Assembly (NCBI RefSeq): GCF_001194135.2
Contig: NC_068983.1
Span: forward strand, 121,845,266 to 121,884,539
Source of the DNA: Octopus bimaculoides
Taxonomy: Eukaryota
DNA: 39,274 bases
Reading direction: 5' to 3'
Every line of letters begins with the position of its first letter. Position 1 is the stretch's first letter. This document shows positions 32,298 through 39,274 of the stretch, in pieces. The notes under the pieces are model-generated. The model saw only the letters and a program-made list of their open reading frames with translations, made no database searches and was not told the DNA's origin. The translations under genes were made by a program, and so were the position numbers.

Positions 32298-34320
32298 GTA
32301 TATTAAATATCGATTTGATAGAGGAGTAAGGTTGAAAACAAGAGAAAACGATGTTTTCTGATACCACAGCATCGAAGAGAATATCAATATTAATTTTGTA
32401 CTAAAATTTCAATTTACATTAATGTTAGCAATGGATAGATATATTCTTACCCATAACAAAATATTTGTAATAGTAACCAATTTGAAAAATGCTATTTGAA
32501 AAATATTTCCGTTGGTGGAAATTTCCGACATTGATAGAATACTTCTTCGAAAACGTCAACCAAATACCATTGAGTTATGAAGGATCTACTGCATAGTCAT
32601 TCAACCAGCTAGAAATCTCATTTTACCCTCGAAACATATCCTACCTTCTTTAAGCAAAAAACGAGAAAAGAGACATTTGATAATGCAATCCTAGATCAGT
32701 TTCAAACTAAATGAAACAAAAACGGGATAGTCACAGTTGTATGTCTTTGATCATTGACCTGCTTGATCAGAAGAGATCTGAGGATAAAGAACCACAATCA
32801 GATAGCAGCATGATATCTTGAATACACGTAAATTAGGAAAAATATTGTATTGATCAAACAATTTTATGAGGAAAGTGATGAAAAGGTCCCGATACTCGAT
32901 GTGCCTGAGTATATTGTACTTCAACTGAACATCCAATATAATGCATATCCCATTTCAGATATGTAATTTCTATACTTTTTCAAAGTAAGCGTAAAATCTA
33001 ACGGCATTTCTAAAATATACATCTTGAGGGAGGTGTATTCTGAGGTTTCAAGCAGAGCCGTATGAAAGTCTCTAGTCCCTGACAGAATTCTATAACTTTA
33101 CTCTAATCTTGGGTTTATTTTACGAATTTCTAATCAATTGCTTTCTGCCTGCGTAAAGTGGCTAGTTTCTTCAGAGTTTGGAATTTATTCCTATAAACTC
33201 TATTACTGGTTAAGTAGGTCTTTGTATCCAGTATTGTTTTTTTCTTTATGGTTCTGAAAAAGTGACGTGCAAACGAAGAACATTTTCCTTTCTGGACCTT
33301 TTGTGTTTATTGGAAACGGGGACAGAAATAGTGAAATACTTTCACTGTTCACTGGTCAGCAGACAGTTACCTGCTATTATATAACAACCTGCTATAATGA
33401 GGCTACATATTAAAGAAATTTCAATGTCAGAGAAGCTAATTATTGAGTGCATAACCGGATGTCTTTACTTAAAGTGTTTTCCCCTCACGACAGTAAGGTG
33501 AAATAAGTTTTGTGTGTTGTCCAGACATATGATTGGTATCTGTTTTCTGATGAGATATACAAAGTTATTGATCATCAGCTGGCAGTTGACAATGAACTAC
33601 CAGGTGATATTATTCTAGATTCAAGCCATTTTTTCTCCCCATATTTATCAATCATTTATTTTTTTACATCCTCTTGTTGCACTATCCACTAAGTCACCCA
33701 AACTCTCAGTGCATATACGGTAAAAATAATGAGGAAACACCACGGCAAAACACAGATTGCTTTAGAAGTGTTGGCCAGACTAATGTGAATATTACATCAA
33801 ACGTTCGTAAAAATAAAACATAGCTGAGCAAACTTTATAGACACAACAGTCTTGCTTTATAATAATTTAAAACCTTCCCATTTAAAATTATACTATTCCA
33901 GACGCCAACTTAGTAGCCATAAATTAGTGATTGATGCAACAGACGCGTACCTGGTAACCATAAATTAGTTATTGCTACACCAGACGTATGCGTTGTAATC
34001 ATCAATTAGTTATTGCTACACAAGCTGTTTACATATTAACACTGTGGTAAATATAATTTCAGCTGTGATTATTAATCCAGCTTTTACAGCACCAACAAGC
34101 CGTGAAAACAGTTTTGGTATTTCCGTGTTTGATTCTATTGAGTTACTTACCACCAACGCCTGAACTTATTCTTACTACGACACTCGGTAACAGCATTTCA
34201 TCCCGATTGAAGTACGAATCGCTTTTTGACAAGTCACAATGGCCCTGTATATGAGGGGAGAGGGACATAACGAGCTGTTCACGTACCTGCCACAAAAGCC
34301 TAAGCAGTGTAATAATATCG

Positions 34321-34451
34321 GTTTCAAATTTTGGCACAAGGCCAGCAATTTCAGGGGAGTGGGTAAGTCGAGTACATCGACTCCAGTACTCAACTGCTAT
34401 TCATTTTATCGACCCCGAAAGGATGAAAGGCAAAGTTAACCTCAGCGGAAT
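34321..34451 (-). mobile_element. SINE family B, head-truncated, tail ...GGCCTTGTGCCAAAATTTGAAAC
   Basis: TTTTATCGACCCCGAAAGGATGAAAGGCAAAGTTAACCTCAGCGGAAT is the reverse complement of the B core. Confidence 0.85.
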
Positions 34452-36637
34452 AAACAGTGTAGCAACATTGGCAGAGATATCAGTGATGTGTTTGGTAGCG
34501 TTGTTATTGTCGTCGGCAGTAGTGTTTTGTTGATGATAATGATGGCTTTGATCGTTGTGGTTTAAGTCTTGATCATCTCTGATCGAACAAACCTGTGATC
34601 AAAGGCATTTCAGCCGAGACTGTACAGTCTTTTTATTGGTATCAAGGGACACATCTAATGGGAGAGAATTGGGTGAGATTTGGTTGCTGTAACAAGTCGA
34701 GCGATTATGTAGAGGTTTCCTTGTTAATGATGGATTTGTTAGCAGTAGTTTTTGACGGTTGCAATGTTGGTGTGGATTTTGATGAAGCTGGTGGTGTGGA
34801 GACGGACAGACATCAAGTTTAGAGGAGCCGAAGGCCATTGTAGTAATGCCACAAGAAAAAGAAAATATAGAGAAAGAATAATACACCTCCGAGCCAGCAG
34901 TTGTAAAGTGTTGCTTGTTGAGTTTTTATCAATCATCAAGATGGCCTACTTTTATGCAGTCTAAGCTGTTTGTTGTATAACGGCTGTACTGTTTCACATA
35001 TGATGGAATAATACCGTATTTTGGGTGTCAGTTGATCAGTAATTGTTCAGGGCTGATTTTATTTCAGTGAAAAAGAAACCTTGTATTTAGAATGCAGTTT
35101 TGACAATGTAATATATGTGAAGTCATCATAAAAGTTTGTGGAGCTTGTGGTGTTTGTAGAAAATTCGAGGTTTTCAATCATATGTTGTTCATGGCCAAGT
35201 AGGGTATACTACAAAACTGTTCACTTGATATATGTAGTGACAGTATTTCGACTAGGTTACATGAGACTAGATGATATTCCCATTGAAAAACTGTGTCTAA
35301 TATTTCTATTCTTTTCTATGTTTAGACTGCATATGGATTACCCCTGGATGTAGAAAGTTGAGGGAGCATCGAATGATATCATGTATATAGAACGTGTTGT
35401 TTATAGTAACAGTGAATAGATGATTGTTGTGGAAAAAAGAGAGTATGAGACATAAGTGAACCTTGATATGTGAGACTCAGAGATTGTCGTCGACACAAGC
35501 GAGCCACTTTGTAAGGAGATACTTAATCGGACACACTCCGACATAAAAATTAGTTAAAGATTTGCTAACGTTTCTAAAGTCAAGATATCACTGGCATCTG
35601 ACAGAGTAAAATACACCTAACTTTATAGTAACTATACTGGTGGTCAGAGACGTTACTTTTCTTAATAATGGAATACACAATCGTGTGTATCCATAGTTTG
35701 ATTAAAGATTTGTAGAGGAAAAGGTTGAAAAATTTGCTGATAATAAAACTAGTTCTGGTGATAGTAAAAGTTGATATCCCCAAATTTATCTAGAGATTGA
35801 TAGCAGGTACACTGTGTGCGTAAAAATGAGGCAGACAAAGTCAAGATGGGAAATTCGATATGTGTTTCTTGTGAATTTAGCTATGCGTCTGCTATTTACC
35901 GAGCCATTTTACGCGGGGAGCTGTAAGTAGAAAGGTTCCACAATGCTAGAAGATATATTTTTGGCAAGAAAACAAAATGGCAGGTTGTAATATGGAAGGT
36001 AAGGAAGAGAGGAGTTCGCAGGCCATGCAATGCATGATGAAATGTTCGCCGGTGTTACGACGGTGAGTAAATGCTTCCAATCCGGTGACGGTGGATGAGT
36101 TTTCCGATAAAATTATGAACAGTTCTCGCCTTTACAGCACAGCTACCTGTGAAGCACTTACAATTCATTGGGTTGTGAACTTTGTGTGGATAAACGATGC
36201 AAAGGAAGAGTTGGAATATTCTAGTAATTCATGTAGCTGTCTTGGATGGGTCAAAAGTGAGCATATTTACTGCCAGGAGCAATTAGTATAGAAGTGGCGG
36301 TATCGACTAAATTAGTTGATTTGAAGTATCAGAGGGTTTGAAAAGTAGGGCTTGCTGTACTCTAATTGGAGTAAATTACTTTTATTTGGCAGGGACCGTA
36401 AAATCTTAAGTATTGTTGCTTTTATTATTGCTAAAGTTGTTGCTTAAACTCCGATCAACACTGATCAAAGTGACCAATGATCAATGGTCTTTCAGTAATA
36501 ATGAACCCAATCTTATTTCCGCCAGTATATCTAAAACAACATTATGCCACATGACTTTATATGGTCAATCTTGTAGGCTGTTTTTCAGGAAGACAGAGAC
36601 AGATTTAGCCGCTATTTTAGTAAGTCGGCACATTACT

Positions 36638-36698
36638 TAGAGGCTAGAGGCTAGAGGCTAGAGGCTAGAGGCTAGAGGCTAGAGGCTAGAGGCTAGAG
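36638..36698. repeat. Perfect heptamer tandem repeat (TAGAGGC)8 plus TAGAG
   Basis: Read directly from the sequence. Confidence 0.95.
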
Positions 36699-36984
36699 AT
36701 TCCACACGTAGCGGTTATTGTTTATAATGATGGTAGCAGTGCTAGAGCGAGTGGTAATGTTTTTAGTGATAACTATGATTGTAATATTCATGTTAGCACA
36801 CTATACGGAAGTTCTCAAAGTTTGGTCGTGTTCATGTGAAAGCTTAGTAAGATATATTTAATAAAAGTGGTTGTATAATCTGTATCTCCACACAAACGCA
36901 CTCATGCACGCACACACATATAAACACACACAATACATGTACGTACACAAATACAATTAATGAATGATCCCTATAACCAAGATA

Positions 36985-37372
36985 TTTTGTTGTTGGCACT
37001 CCGTCGCTTACGACGTTGAGGGTTCTAGTTGATCCGATCAACGGAACAGCCTGCTCGTGAAATTAACGTGCAATTGGCTGAGCACTACACAGACACGTGT
37101 ACCCTTAACGTAGTTCTTGGGGATATTCAGCGTGACACAGTGTGACAAGGTTGACCCTTTGAATTACAGGCACAACAGAAACAGGAAGTAAGAGCGAGAG
37201 AAAGTTGTGGTGAAAGAGTACAGCAGGGTTCGTCACCATCCCCTGCCGGATCCTCGTGGAGCTTTAGGTATTTTCGCTCAATAAACACTCACAACGCCCG
37301 GTCTGGGAATCGAAACCGCGATCCTATGACCGCGAGTCCGCTGCCCTAACCACTGGGCCATTGCGCCTCCAC
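36985..37372 (-). mobile_element. Full-length tRNA-derived SINE family A, 10-bp TSD
   Basis: TSD AACCAAGATA at 36975-36984 and 37373-37382. It is collinear with 2396-2736. Confidence 0.95.
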
Positions 37373-37647
37373 AACCAAGATACATATAAGTGCATTATCG
37401 AATGTATAGCAAAATATCTACGTTTGTATTAAATACATGAGGCCCATATTATAAAAAACTCCTACGCAAGTATTCACATCAGATTGGGTTCGAACATGTC
37501 AAATCAGTGTACGTAGACAAGCGATTGTAGAAGCTATTTTTCACAGAATCTATTTTCTAATGTCTTTCAGCATGCATATTGCAGATAAATGCACTGAAGT
37601 AGTTTCCATATTTAGATGCATGACTAAGTATTATGATGGCGTGTATG

Positions 37648-37897
37648 AATGTATGTATGTATGTATGTATGTATGTATGCATGTATGTATGCATGTATGT
37701 AAATACATGCATGTAAAAATATATATGTAAATATATATATATATATACTGTTCATGCATATATGCATACACACACACACACATACACACAGAAACATACA
37801 TGCATGTATATACATCTACATATATATATACATATATACACACACACACACACACAAACACCCACACACATACACACAAGCACACACACATACACAA

Positions 37898-37946
<49 letters not shown>

Positions 37947-38024
37947 TATATACATATTTCGCTTTTGGTTTGCAAGATTTTTTATAAAGCACCAAAAGAG
38001 AATGACTCTCCCCAGACACAACAG

Positions 38025-38076
<52 letters not shown>

Positions 38077-38188
38077 GTTGAGTAGGTTTATACGACGTGT
38101 ATCTTTTTCAATATATGTAATATATAAGTATGCCTGCATTTCAGTATATATCGAATATGTTGTGTTTGTATATGTGTATGTGCCAGTG

Positions 38189-38231
<43 letters not shown>

Positions 38232-38250
38232 TTGTGTACTTGTGTGTGTG
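37648..38250. repeat. Long compound microsatellite field (ATGT, AT, CA, GT)
   Basis: Read directly from the sequence. Confidence 0.9.
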
Positions 38251-38733
38251 TGTGTGCGGGTGTGTATTAGTTAGACGAAGTTATGCAATACTCATGATCC
38301 TTGCGGGGCTTCACACACAGGAAAAATCGATAAAATTGATGTTCTGTTGCTCTGTTTGAATATCTGTAGGTCGAAATCTAGTTGAACAGCATAGACGCTG
38401 AGTGATTTTCAGAAGATTGCAGCTCTGAGTTTCGAGGAATGTGCATAACATGGAAGCCAAGAGCTGAGACACAGTAAAAATAGCGAAGAGTAGAAATGGA
38501 TGAGTTGAGTTGTTGTTAGTTTTCAAATCATCGATTATACTAATTTGAAATGTTTTCTAGTATATCTATATATTTAACACAACAGCATTCTACATATTGG
38601 AGTAGTTGTCTGACGGGATCATGTTCATGCTTTGTAGAAAGTCAGATACTGAATGAAGGTATCATACAGGATATGTGAGCGAAAAGTCACGCACCAAACC
38701 GTTTGACAGGTTATATATATTAATGGTTCATCA

Positions 38734-38886
38734 GTCTCTACGTTCTGAGTTCAAATTCCACCGCGGTCTACTTTACCTTTCATCCGTTCTGCGTCGATGA
38801 AATAAATACCAGTTAAGTGCTGAGGTCGATGTAATCGACATTCCCCCTCCCCGAAAATTTCAGGCCTTGTTCCTATAATAGAAAGG
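38734..38886 (+). mobile_element. 5'-truncated SINE family B, (ATT)n-tailed type
   Basis: Core plus AAATTTCAGGCCTTGTTCCTATAATAGAAAGG, followed by (ATT)n at 38887-38927. Confidence 0.85.
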
Positions 38887-38927
38887 ATTATTATTATTAT
38901 TATCATTATCATTATTATTATTATTAT

Positions 38928-39274
38928 TTTATGTTTGACTTTTGTTTTGCATTTGTACAAGTTGGATCCAAGTCTCACCCAGAGACCTCAAGAGACAACA
39001 AGTTAGAAGTTCATGTAGGTGTTATGCCTAGGGTACCATATATTTGGATTTGTACAGTTTTGTTCAAGTGAATGTTTAAGAAACCATAAGAAAATTATGT
39101 TTGCTTTAAAATTTGAGATCACATAGACAGTATTTTACGTAGGATATGGGCAGTTCCCATGAGCACTATCTTTTGGACTTCAGCCATTTTGGGGTTTCCT
39201 GGTATCTGAGCTAGGTAGTAATCAGCCCGTTTCGCTGTCATTCCCAGGGCACCTATGACAATAGGTATTGTTTT
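38928..39274 (-). mobile_element. 3' end of an RLE-class (R4/Dong-like) LINE, continuing beyond the window
   Basis: Minus strand 39274-39119 is open: KTIPIVIGALGMTAKRADYYLAQIPGNPKMAEVQKIVLMGTAHILRKILSM*. The 3' UTR ends in the (TAA)n tract. Confidence 0.85.

Noticed and set aside
33525-33603. Possible plus-strand exon TYDWYLFSDEIYKVIDHQLAVDNELP
   Set aside because: Weak splice signals, no homology recognised, isolated.
34595-34964. Cluster of overlapping 66-95 aa ORFs
   Set aside because: Low-complexity G/T-biased sequence with no motifs; the ORFs are mutually overlapping on both strands.

Overview
AT-rich, microsatellite-dense eukaryotic DNA with nine assembly gaps (about 3.8 kb of N). The SINE repertoire resembles that of octopus (inference; I cannot verify the species). 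I find no recognisable host protein-coding gene, and nearly all long ORFs in the track are artefacts of N runs or microsatellites. The window is a mosaic of at least four tRNA-derived SINE lineages that swap heads and tails, 3' fragments of RTE-type LINEs ending in (ATGT)n, fragments of two lineages of restriction-like-endonuclease (RLE) LINEs associated with (TAA)n or (ACAT)n tracts, a decayed mariner transposase and a mariner-derived MITE. The most notable object is a 1.5-kb insertion (11702-13220) bounded by a perfect 16-bp target-site duplication. It carries only a gag-like ORF1 (CCHC zinc knuckle), has no endonuclease or reverse transcriptase, and ends in a 3' tail similar to that of one local SINE subfamily. 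Also notable are a near-perfect 79-nt hairpin (3509-3587), a ~360-bp foldback (627-985) and possible minus-strand exons at 6.5-7.8 kb.
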